64,000 bases of DNA from Azolla caroliniana (Eukaryota > Plantae > Polypodiophyta): the NCBI GenBank assembly GCA_043228905.1, contig JBHGNT010000014.1:248001-312000 (forward strand), in the 5' to 3' direction. Shown here in pieces: positions 1-12,219 of this stretch. The number at the start of each line of letters is the position of its first letter. Position 1 is the first letter of the stretch. Under the pieces are notes generated by a model, which saw only the letters and a list, made by a program, of their open reading frames with translations, had not been told where the DNA came from and searched no databases. Made by a program: the position numbers and the translations under genes.

Positions 1-2585
1 TACGGGTAAAATCTCTTAAATGATGCATGGAGACACATGCTGTCAACGTTGTATGCATGTCGGTGTGTAATTTTTCAGATGTGTGCATGGCACGGTTGAA
101 CCCCCATGGTTTTAATCAGGGAGGCAATAGAGGGACAACAAGGATATTCATAGAAAATAGACAGAACTTAAAAATGATTGCTTGAAAAAAATTTAAGAGA
201 GAATTCTCAATCATAGCCTAATAGCTCGATTACACTTGAACCCTAATCTTCCATTGATGCAGGTAAGTTAAAAACTTGACTACACTTGAACCCAAATGTT
301 CTGCCCTCTTGATTAATCCTCCCTATTTATCCATGATTTTTGGTAGGTGTATGAAACATCAATGCTTGATTCATATTCCCTTTAGCTAACCCTTAGTCCA
401 CGTCATTTTTTCCACACACCTTCACAAACTGTACATTTGTCTTGGGTTAGCCACAGTGAACACCGTATGTGGAAATCATGACAACCCAATGTCTTGTTAT
501 GTGTCTGAAAGAGTTCCCATCATGCTCATAGTGTATATATGAAATAGAAAATGAGAGTCTAACCTTTGTTCGGTCCCTAGGGTTAGAACTAACAAGAGCA
601 AACCTCTGGTCAAGGGAGGTTGTTGGTCAATGCCTGTGTTATGTAGTAACTAGCATGGTGGGATATCATAGAGGGACATTTCTTCTCAGCTGAAATCTGA
701 CATGTAAAACAATTACACATGAATCACAAAGGAGCCAAGATTGACATGTTTCTTGGAATGTACACAGAAGCTGAAATAACTTCGAAATGACAAGTTTATG
801 GATACACTTAAGTTCCCACTTGAGCACAAACCAAAGATGGGAGATTAGAGCCATAGTATTTGATGCATGCGTAATGCAAACTCTGCTTTAATGAACCGAG
901 ATTTGGGAAGACAGTATTTCAGCAAGCTCATGGAATAAACTGGAGAAAATTCCAAAAAGTAAACCTTCTCAAACAGTATAAGTGCATACCAAAAGCAGGA
1001 ACAATGCCTCTAATTGCCACCCCAATTCTGCATGGAAAACTGGACGTGTAAAACAGGAAAACCACAGAAAAAAAAATCTTTCCACTAACTGGTTCCAAGA
1101 TGTCTGCAAAAGGTTTGCAAGATGACATGCTGAAGAATATCTGGATGTGCACATAGAATGAAAGAAACACATGCAAGAATACTAATTGGTTCCATGTTTT
1201 ACTCAGCCACATTCACAGCCCTCCACACTAAATGGAGAACAACCTAAAACCAATCCGAGTTTGAATACGTCGGAGACACATTAATATTCAATATTAAGAA
1301 AATTACTGATGGCATCTGACGGACACTCAAGCTCACATCTGGAAACTCATGCCCAGGAGATTGAGATGTGCTGTCATAAGTGGTTTTGGAACAACATTTA
1401 TTCATAGTCTCTCTATGGGGTTCTTTGCATCTTGGACCTCACGTGTCCCTTTATGCTTCCTGTGTTTGGTTCTCTGACCCTACCATGGATGGGGAACATG
1501 TTCTCCACTATGGTTTTTGTCAATGGCCATAACTTGGCTACGCTGCTTATTTGTTCTAAACCCATCCACAAGTCATTTTAATGTGAATCAGAAGTAATGC
1601 GCCACATTGAGTATTGGAGTTTGATATTTAAAACTAATCCAAATCTTCCTGTTAAAGGAGTGAAAACATGGACACGGAATTCATTGTCAAAATCAATCAA
1701 GGGACATTCATGTAAACAAAGCGTCTTGAGCAAACTTATACATTACAGTAAAATTGCAGAAATGTCTTTCAAGGTTGGAGTTCTCCTTACGGTATGATAG
1801 CACCATTGGAATGTAGACAGATTTAGAATTGAGTAGATTACCCATGCTGAGGCTGATATTGTCGAGGATAAATCTCACTTACAAGCACTGTCAGCCTCCA
1901 TGAAGTTCATCTTTAGATTCTCTAAGCTGTTCTCTACCTATGATGATTTCATGTGAAATGTGCAATCTCTAAACATTTGGCCCTGGAGGCATATACCTGT
2001 ACCTTTGGGCACTATATAGTCATATTCATACAACTGTGCAATACTTTGCAGTCTTACGGTGTACAGAAATTCAACCCTGGATTTGGCAATGATTTTGACT
2101 TGTTTGATTGAATTTTTCGAGCTTATGAATGTGTTTACAATAGATCGGAAATTTTGACCTCAGGAAACATCTTCTTTACATGGGCCTACATTGTTGCACA
2201 ACCAAAATTTCCTGGGTTACCCTCTTTTATAAACACTAATCTTACAAAAACCCTAACTTATGAAGTAACTGAATATTGCACAAGTACCAGCCTGAAAATT
2301 ATTGCATTATCCAAGCAACAAGCTGCCTTTCCAGGGCGATGTTCTTAGCACTCATTCCCAATGTTAAATCGATGCAGGCTTGTGTGAAAGAACTGCTTGC
2401 ATGAAGAGCAAAAGCAGGACGGCTTTTTAAAAGAGAATACCCTCATTTTTTGGAAATCCTCGATTCCTGTATTGTATGCTGGCTTTGTTTTTAGAGTTGT
2501 GCGCTGCTATTATCTCTTGCTATTGTGAATCAAAGAACTCTATTGAGAGAGATAGAAATAGAGATGTTTTATTGTGTTTATTCAG

Positions 2586-5237
2586 GAAGCGATAGGAGCC
2601 ACAGATGCAATCAGGAGCTGTTTTAGGTGTCTTTCACATAAGTTGTCAAAGGAAAAAGAGGAGGCTATTCATCTGTTGGCAGATTTATCAAGCTATGAAC
2701 CACTTAGTGGAAAAATTGCTGCTGTAAATGGATCGATACTTATTCTTGTTGGACTAACAAGTAGCACGTCCGAAAATTTGGTCATTGTTCAAAAAGCGGA
2801 AGAGACATTAAAGCACCTGGAAGATAATGTTGAGAATGTAAAACAAATGGCTGAGAATGGGCGGCTACAGCCATTATTGAAGCATCTAGTTGAGGGTAAT
2901 TTCTTAGTCCTCTTGATTCTGAAATTATTTTTTGAGAATGATGTATGTGATTTCAATTTTATATGATCTTTGAAGAATCGTAATTATGAAAAAATTAAAC
3001 ATCTGCTGCTTGCATATGATTTATTTTCTCATCTGGTTAGTGGAAAGCTCCTATTCTTGATGCAGTGTTTCAAATCATTTGCAAGATTAAATCTTCCATG
3101 TTGAGGTCTGATGATTGGGGGGGGGGGGGGGGGTAATAGTTCAATCCGACAGGGGACATAGGTTACATTTGACAAAAGGTTGAAGTTAGACTTTTCTCAT
3201 GTAGGAAATATCAGCTCTTCTCCACATCCATAATAAGTATATAATCTAGAACCAAAGGACCAATATGGCTAAGAAGCTTTGTCCACCCCCCTGGCCAATC
3301 CAAAACAGACAAAGGTTGTAATGTTGTGAGATAGATAAGTAATAAGCATATCAAGCACATGGGATCCAGAAGGAACGACCTTGGATAGTAGGTTATGAGT
3401 AACATATCAATTGATTAACATGTCAATTTCTATACAACGTGGTCTCTAACATCCGTTTGGGTCCTGGACGCTAGGAAAATAAGACTGTTGAAGCATACCA
3501 TACATGGGTTTAGTAAATGCAGAAACCAGAAAGATCATGTACGTGTCTCTTTAAACAAATTACCCAATCTCTTAGTGTTCACTTCAAGACTGAACCATAC
3601 AATGATTTTGTGTTTTGCTAAAAGGTTCAAGTTTAATGAGTTCTTTTTGCTACTTATCAAGCTGGCAATAAATCTTTCATACAGGTGGCGAGGAGGTACG
3701 TTCTGAGATGACAATATACCTTGCAGATATTGTCCCGAGCAAGGAAGGGAAAATACTTATAGCTGAAGTTGCAGGCCAAGCATTAGTGAAGATGCTGAAT
3801 TCTAAGTCCCTTGCTAATAAAGAGGCTGCTTTGAAATGCTTGGCGAAGATTTCAAGCATCAAGGAAAACGGGCAGGTGCTAGTTGATGCAGAAGTTCTTC
3901 CAGCTGTAGTCAGAGATCTCTTTTTGGTTGGGTCGAGTCAACTGCCCACGAAGGTCAAAGAAATCTCAGCAACAGTTCTTGCTAATATAGTAACGTCCGG
4001 AATTGATTTGAGCAAGCTACCTATAAACTTGACCTCAGAGGAGGTCATTCACAATCTTTTGCATATGGTGAGCAACACAGGTCCTACTCTCCAAGGGAAA
4101 CTGCTTCAGGTATTGGTAGGACTTGCGGAGTCAGCTAATGTTAAGAATCTGGTTCACTCTATTCAGAGTGCTGGGGCGGTAAGCAGTCTGATACAATTTC
4201 TGGAAGCTCCACAAATGGAGATACGCTTGAATTGTGTGAAACTTCTCAACCTTGTCTCACCATTGATGGGGCCAATGCTTGCCAATTGGCTGCGTGATAC
4301 CCCTGGCCAGCCAGGAGTACTGGTACGACTCCTAGAATCAAGTGGAATCTCAGAAGAGCAAGCTGCTGCAGCAGGTCTTCTTGCGAACCTACCTAACTCC
4401 GACATTTATCTCACTCGAGCATTACTCAAAGAAGGTGCTCATCATATTGTTCTGAGAAGAATCAATGAACTCCACCAAGGAACATCTGCTGCCATCGGAG
4501 GTGGTCGGCATGTCAGTGTCTTCAAAGTTGGTCTGGTTTCCATTTTGTGCCGGTTTACGTTCATGCTGGAGGATGAAGTCATGAGATCATTTGCTCAAGA
4601 ACAGAACCTGGTTTACCTATTTGTAGAGTTGCTTAGGTTGGGGGAGTTGGATGATATAAAATACTACTCGGCCCTAGCTTTACAAAATCTTTCCAATGTC
4701 TCTAAGAGTCTATCCAAAGTTCCTGATGTTGAAATAAAAAAGAAATGTTTTTGTTGCCCCTTCTTTGGACCACCTAAACCAATAATAACTCTATGTGTCG
4801 TGCATGGTGGAGTATGCAGTGCCAAGGACACGTTTTGTCTTGTTGAAGCAGGGGCAGTGGTTCTTCTTGGCTCGAACTTGGATCATAAGAATGTATCAGT
4901 GGTTGAAGCATGCTTAGGAGCACTCTCCTCTCTCATGGATGAAAGCGTAGCGAATGTCGAGGGGGGTGTTAGCGTGCTAAATAGAGCAGGCATTATCCCA
5001 GCAATCTTGGAAATAATGAAGGATCATAAAACGGATGCACTGTGGCGTAACTCAGTGTGGATGGTAGAGAGATTCCTAGGCATTCGTGATATGGCACAGT
5101 TCCTCTCTCTTGACCCAAGTGTCCATGCTGGCCTTGTTGAGGCATTTCGGCATGGCAACCTGAGCACAAAGCAGACCGCAGAAAGAGCTCTGAAGCAGCT
5201 AAACAAGATCCCAAACTTCTCTACCTATGTCCGTTGA
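2586..5237 (+). CDS. U-box/ARM-repeat E3 ubiquitin ligase, SAUL1/PUB43-PUB44-like; last two exons only (2586-2895, 3685-5237); 5' exons lie upstream of the window
   Basis: AG acceptor 2584-2585, GT donor 2896, AG 3683-3684. The phase-1 join gives ...MAENGRLQPLLKHLVEG-GEEVRSEM..., in frame with ORF 3708-5237. Motifs KEISATVLANIV, GISEEQAAAAGLLA, CVVHGGVCSAKDTFCL and AERALKQLNKIPNFS match my recollection of the SAUL1/PUB44 C-terminal half. The U-box itself is not in the window. Confidence 0.9.
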
Positions 5238-7344
5238 CAATATTTCTCATTCCAATTGTGAAGGGCAACATCGACTGAGGCTTATTTTCTGTACCACGCT
5301 GCACGCATTTCAAGTTTAAGAATGCAAGACTTTCTCAACGAGTGAGCAATACCTTTAGCTGCATTACAACCTTGGATTTGAGTTCATGTCCTCAAAACTC
5401 TGTTCAGTCCATTGTATTCATTTATTCTTTCCTCCTAAAACTATATGAATCTTGTACAAAACACTCTCCGATCACATGGCATTGTTTGGGATGTTTAATT
5501 TCCCAAGCAAGTGTATTATCATCAATTTAATCATGGTTTGATAGTTTTGCTGCTCCATAAGTGAAGAGAAACAAAACAAGTTTAGACATTGAAGTTAACG
5601 AGGCCAACTTTATTTATTATGCTGCTAAGACTGACGTAAACAAAAGCTAAGGCACTTAATTAATATTACAAAACAAAGCATGATGTCTTACCTTTAAGTA
5701 TTGGTCTGAAAAGTTGCCAGGCTGTTTCAATCTATAGGTCCTAAACAAATACTAGAGCACTTCATTATGTCATGATGATGATCCAACGATCAGCCTACAG
5801 GCAGAAGTTGGGATCAATAATACAAAAGGAAAACTTGGCATGTGTGTGGTATGTTGATGAGAGTATGTGAGAAGACGTTGTTCCAAAATTGCACTTGTAA
5901 TCATCAAAAATATGTACTAGTCTTAAGCAAATTTTAGAGATGTCTTGCAACATGCACAAGATGACCTAAAATCAACAAATTTTTACTCTAATGAAGGTAT
6001 GTTACTCATAAAGGACTGCCAAGAAGTACAAAGACATCCATCAAACTAGTTTCATAACTTAATTAATTAGTACTTTTTAATCTTGTTGTAAACTAAGACC
6101 GCTAGTATGTCGAAACAAGCGACAAGCACAAGTGATGAATCACAGCAAGTTGATGCAGACAGGATCAACAAACTGAACAGATTGAGCAACGAGTACAACT
6201 TAACCAGAATCGAGAGAGAGAGAGAGAGAGACTAAGAGGCACAAACAGAGTAATTGTATCATTTCAAGAGTTACAATACAAGAAAGGCACTATCCATCAT
6301 CATCTCAAACTAGGTTACAGGCTCAATTTATGTATGGACTAAAATAGGGCAACTATATTTATAGAATTGTCCTAAACCTAGTTTGTCCAAATGGGACAGT
6401 GTGAATACGTCCATTATACACCCATATTTGACAAATCCTTCTTCCAAGCACCAAGAGCAAATAAGCTCATACTTCTTGCCCATGTTGGGAGTTTCTAGGG
6501 AGCACATACACACTACCAAAGACCATTAACAACTAATCCACAAAACATTCTTATATGTCAACCAAATCCTTGAAAGTTTGAGTCAACAATATATTGGGAC
6601 CTTTGTGACAATCAATACCCGTAACCCCAAATTTCTTATTAATACCTCCTCCTCTCCTCGGATCATCCTCTACACCTAAAACACCACTTTATCACCAACG
6701 AACTTAGATGTTATGTTATTAGAGGAAGCACCCCTCAAGGCTTTCTCACAATGAAGAAACTATTTTGTAAACGATTGGTAAAAAGAGGTTACCCACCCTT
6801 CTTTCATCCAACAAAACTACAAAAAGGTACTATTTAATACTAGAAACTCTCTCATACATAACATAAAACCCGAAAACACCCATATCTCCACAATTCGTCA
6901 ACTTAGATATTCTAAAAATACACCTAGAATAGGATTACATCACTTTCAAAAAAACCTTCATAAAGACCTACTTCTAGATCCTGAACTAAATATAGCGTAC
7001 CAAGGGTTCAAGACGCTTTCATATGTTGGACCAAAGCTAGGTCCATCTCCTCATTCCTTGTCAAACCGGCTCAAACCGGTTAAGCCGATTAGGTTATTTT
7101 AGACTTCTATTAGTGTTAATTGGGTAAGGGTTAGAAGGACTTAGAGAGTTGAGAGTATGCTGTCGACACAGACATCAGAGAGAGAGAGAGAGAGTAATTA
7201 GAGAGAGTGAAAGAAAGAGTTAGAGCCTGCACAGTGCACGGGCCGCCTTCTATGCAGCAACGAGCACCTCTGCACGCCTTCTACCGAGTCCCAACGGCAT
7301 ACCCAGTAGTTACTACTAGTAAGTACATACCACCTTTACTTTAC

Positions 7345-7790
7345 TTTTTTTCAGCTTGGCATGTATCTGTTCTCTCATTTCTAGTATCTACAAAACCTAT
7401 TCTTCCACAAGATTTCAATATATGTACAAACTAATGTGACCGCATTCGGAGAAATGTCCTCCCTTTTGCATCTTCTCAAAATGTTTCAAGACTTCATGAC
7501 CGAGATCATGTTGTGCATATCCAGCCACAAGGGCATTCCAAGTGATAATATTCTGTTCCAAAAGTTCGTCAAACACTTCTTGTGCTTTTACAAGAGCCTC
7601 ACATTTGGCATACATGCCCACTAATGCAGTGCCAAGCACAACATCAAGTTTTGCCAGTAATTCCCATTTGCCTATCTCGTCATGAATCATTTCACCTTTT
7701 TCAAGAGATTGTATGCTTGCACAAGCTTTGACAACACAAATGAAAGTGACAGAGTTGGGGCGAATGCCCTCATCTTGCATCTGCCCGAAG
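7345..7790 (-). pseudogene. PLS-class PPR fragment (frameshifted)
   Basis: MQDEGIRPNSVTFICVVKAC...VVLGTALVGMYAKC...QEVFDEL...ITWNALVAGYAQ are L/S/P motifs. The reading continues through frameshifts to ...LKSCGRIG...EQIHAKLKK. No start context and no E/DYW domain. Confidence 0.85.
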
Positions 7791-7793
7791 CAT

Positions 7794-7920
7794 TTCTATT
7801 CTAAAGGCTTGTGGCAATAGAGGGCCTCTGGACATCGGCAAAAAGATCCATGAGGAGGTTAATAAGCTTGGATTACTTGGAAAAAATATTGTCCTTGGCA
7901 CAGCCATGATGGACATGTAA
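7794..7920 (+). pseudogene. Second PLS-class PPR fragment, divergent from the first
   Basis: Hand translation SILKACGNRGPLDIGKKIHEEVNKLGLLGKNIVLGTAMMDM* is a PPR L motif plus the start of an S motif. Confidence 0.8.
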
Positions 7921-8329
7921 CAATCTTAATCATTGTGATCATGGGAACAAATGAGATGAACTTTGAAACACATTTAAAGACTACATTCATGTTTGTAGGA
8001 AGATGACTTAGGTCATGATGGAAGAACAACCGCATTGATAATTTATATCAGCTTAACCGGTTTAGGGATCGGTTCGGTTCGGTCCAGGTTCATTTAAGAT
8101 AGGATTTCCAAGTGTTACATGTGCCGTAAAGAAAAACCACCATGCATCAATATGGATTCCTTGCACTGATGAGAACTCATGACATTGACATGGATTTTGT
8201 GAACCTACCACATCAATATGCAATTTTGTTTGGGGTTGACCCAATGAATGGTTATCCACCACTTCCGCATGATTTCTTCTTGGATTTCATCTTAATCGAC
8301 CACAAGTAGCTAATTGCTCATTGTGTCCC

Positions 8330-8890
8330 TCTTTCGTTGTCGCTAAGTTTCGCATGCGTGTGTTGCTCGAGTGGGACCATAGGGGCCTTGGACCAGGGAG
8401 TCAGAAGGGATGAGGAAGTCGAAGATTCTTGCCCATTAAATAATAGGCCCTCATTGAGTAAGTGGCTCATCGGGCTTAGGAGCTCGTTGACCTTTTGCGC
8501 TTGTCAACAAAGTTAGAAGGGTTTCGGACACGATCAACGCGATGAAGTTTAACACTCGGTTAAGGGATTATAAAGACAAAATCATGGGGAAAATATACGT
8601 AAGTTATGATAAAAAATGGGGTTTTTTTACAATGTATCGGCTTAATACCATGATTTCAATGGTTTGTACAAATCAATCAATCGGTATACACAAGGAGCTA
8701 AAATAATCTGGTGAAGGCGAGTCTAGTGGCCTCCGAGCTTGACATCCGCCGATGGCTACTACGTTGCCTCAATTCGGAGCAGCTCTTGTGCCACTACAAC
8801 CTCCTTTTCGCAACCGGCCACCGAGTTAGTCCACCCTTATCCCGAAACCACTGTCACACGTGGCATTCTCCAATGTGGAGAAAACGTTTG
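8330..8890 (-). mobile_element. Possible LTR-retrotransposon remnant (LTR end plus degenerate tRNA-Met PBS)
   Basis: Minus strand reads ...AATCA|TGGTATTAAGCCGA at 8650-8637, resembling LTR-CA followed by TGGTATCAGAGC. No coding support. Confidence 0.35.
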
Positions 8891-8909
8891 AGCCGGTTTA
8901 GGGTTTAGG

Positions 8910-10793
8910 CACATTCACTGCTAGTCCACTACAATGGCAAAATTCTTCTAATACACCAAGTAAATGTTGCATACTATCAACATCATATGAGAAGAGTACC
9001 ACATCATTTGCATATAGAAGCAATAAGATAACATGTTGCATCAAATTGGGGCCATTCCATCCTTCTTCTCTTGCAACCTTATTCACCACTTCTTCTAATT
9101 TATCGATACATAAGCCAAAGAGTGTGGGTGATAGTGGACATCCTTGCTTGACCCCCATGTTACTTAAAAAGCTCTTTGAGAATCCACTATCGATTTTTAG
9201 TTGGCATTTAACTTGTTCATATAGGCGTGCAACTGCAACTTGGTACTCTAATGGCATGTCAATGTCTACCATTCTATTCGAAAGCTCACTTCGTGGTACA
9301 ATATCAAAAGCTTTCTTAAAATCAACAAAACAACAATAAAGTGTTTTTCCTTGTAGTCGACTCTTTTCCATGATTACTCTTAATGTGACCAAATGATCCA
9401 CGATGGAGTGCTTTGGTCTAAATCCGGCTTGCCCAAGTGCTCTTTTGCTTGTATTCTCAGCCCATGTGCTTATCTTTTGCTCCATAATAGTACTATATAA
9501 TTTAGCAATAGTTGAGTTCACCATTATTGTACGATAATTTGCTACTTGATTCTTATCTTTGCCTTTAAATATTGGTTTAATCCAATTCATAAGCCAATCA
9601 TTTGGAAATCCTTGTTTTATAGCTTGCTCTAAAATTGTCATTATCCAATGACGAGTGTGTGGTGTTGTTCATTTTAAAAGCTCACTTGAGACATAGGTTG
9701 AATCTACTGCTTTCCCACTTGCCATCTTCTTTATTCCCTTATTGACATCATCAATATCGATACATGTAGTGCATGGAGTTTCAATTTTCTCAACCATAGG
9801 AGCCACACCTTCATGCATATATAACCTTTGTACATAGTCTAGCATCTCTTCATTTGTAAAGTGACCTTTCACATCTTCTTTCTTACCCTTGAGTTGTCCC
9901 CATGCTAATTTTGGTTTCAGCTTAAACAAGTTTTTCTTTTTCACCTCTTGCATTTGGAAATATCTTCTTTTCTTTCTCCTCACTACTTTCTTGTATATGT
10001 GCCATGCAACAATCTTTTTATTCCCCCCTTTTATGGACTTAAACCATTTGAGAAACATCTTACATTCATCGTCGAACCAAAAATTACATGGAAAACTACA
10101 CACCTTATGCCCACCCACTTGTCTCTTAGAGCATTGATATCCAACCTAAGGATTATATCCTTCAAATGTTGCCAATTTTCTTTAACATCGTTGCTTAGAG
10201 AGAAATTTAACAAATGGTTCTCCACTTCATTTGCATACATCTCTTTTCATCTTTCACTTCACGACATCTGGTGGAATGTGGAATTGCAAGCTCTAAGTAC
10301 AATGGCTTGTGGTTTGAGTCCGGAGATAGAGAACCAACTTTAAACACATTCACCAATGATAGATCACATGCCAACATTAATGCATAATCAACCACACTTC
10401 CTTCACTTGAGGATGGTAAACATGTGAGCACATTTGTCAATGGGAATGCCTTTATACCATTTAGGATAATCAAGTTTGTGCAATTTAGCATATGTATCAA
10501 AAGTTTTCAATAATCTGACATGACACAATCCTCTGAGACACGCAATAGACAATGTTCTACTACATTTTCTTCAAATGTCTCCACGTTTTGGAAATTTCCA
10601 ACTCTTGCATTGAAGTCTCCCATAATTAAAACTTTACCAAGCTTCTCAAATGAAAGTATATCATGGCATAACTCTGTAAAAGGATCATCACAATCTAAAC
10701 CCAAACCTACTATAGTAGTCTTTGTGAGGAATGTAACATTCAATTATATACAACTTCTCTTTCCCCAAATTAACCTCTATCCATATGTATCTA
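8910..10793 (-). mobile_element. LINE fragment (AP endonuclease + RT), degenerate and truncated at both ends
   Basis: APE motifs MGDFNARVG, SVVDYAL, DSNHKPL; RT motifs QAGFRPKHS, FVDFKKAFD, GVKQGCPLSPTLFGL, LLYANDVV. Stops and frameshifts. Same family as the element at 44278-49745. Confidence 0.92.
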
Positions 10794-11321
10794 TATACAA
10801 CTCGTTTTGCCCCGAAGTGCTTATCAATGCCCTAAGACCATGAGGGTGTCAAGGGGGTTTATATAGGTTTTTCGAGGGGGGGATAAAAAAATAGGGAGTT
10901 GGGGGTAAGGGTGTGCTATATGCACATGTGCACTTAAGAAAAGAGAGGGTATTGGGTAAGGGTGTTTAAAAGATAAGGAAAAGGGAATGGTGGTAAGGGG
11001 AGTGGTAATGAGTGAGGGGGCGTGGGAAAAGGTGTAGTGAGGGGCGGAAAAAGTAAGACAAAAGAGGGGAGGGGTAAAGATTTAGAGAGAGGTAAGATTG
11101 GGTTTAAATGAAAAAAGAAAGAAAAAGAAAGTCGATGATGCCATTTGCAATGCCATGTAACGTTTTGCGAGGGCACTCATCATGAATGAGGGCTCGATGG
11201 TCGACGATGCTAACTCAATGTGGGTGCCTATTCCCGATACATGGGCCTCCATAAAAGACTAGGCTTTAGGGTTAATGAGCTTATGGTCGGAACAAGGAGT
11301 GCGGAATGGTGGATCATTGAC

Positions 11322-11367
11322 GGGTTTAGGGTTTAGGGTTTTTCTAAACCTTAAACCTTAAATTCCT
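11322..11367. repeat. Head-to-head interstitial telomeric repeats
   Basis: GGGTTTAGGGTTTAGGGTT is followed directly by CTAAACCTTAAACCTTAAATTCCT. Confidence 0.75.
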
Positions 11368-12219
11368 AGAAACTGTGACGTCTTACTTACAGTTTAGATC
11401 TACTCTCTACTTGTAATGATTATGCCATCAGTTATAACTTTGATAAGGCCATAAAAAAAACAACCTTAAAGGCAAGAGGCAACTTACAAGAACAAACACA
11501 TTTTGAAAAATATTAATAATTTGCATCATATAAAAATTACAATGAGAGATTTAGAAGATGAAGTAGAAGATCAAGAAATGGGAGATAATGTTGAGGACAT
11601 CTTTTACGACAACCCATTCTTTATACCCCCCTTAAAGAGTAATAGGATTCCACCCGAATAAATTAACCCACCAAATTTTAACCCAAAAAAAATCAAAATT
11701 TCAAAGTTACCCTTACCCCTAAAAACATCAAATAAAAAACTAACAGCCCCAACAACTCGAACCCGAACCATAAACCCAAAACTAAGCCTAACCCTAACCC
11801 TAATCCCAAACCTAATCATCACCCTAGTGTCTCCCACGAACACCCCCAACATACGAATCGATATGCACAATGTTCGGACCTTCACCATCATCATGATCAT
11901 TGACAATCACAAGCTCAACCACCAACCTACCATCAACAACTACCGAACCATCTTCATCCACCGAACTCAACAACCACCAAACCATCAACAGCCACCGAAC
12001 CACCAACAACCACCTAACTATCAACAACCATAGGTACATCAAGAACCATAGGACCAACATCATCCACAACCACCAAACCTTTACCATCGACTACCTGCAA
12101 ACTTTTACCATCATCAGGCACCCGTCCAACGAACCTATTGCTACAACACAACCACCAATGAACTCTCATACCGAAAAAACCCAATTAATAACTAACATAA
12201 TATCTATGAGCCTATTGTG

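Noticed and set aside
1-2585. Additional PUB exons or independent genes
   Set aside because: The short ORFs lack U-box or ARM similarity; treated as intron.
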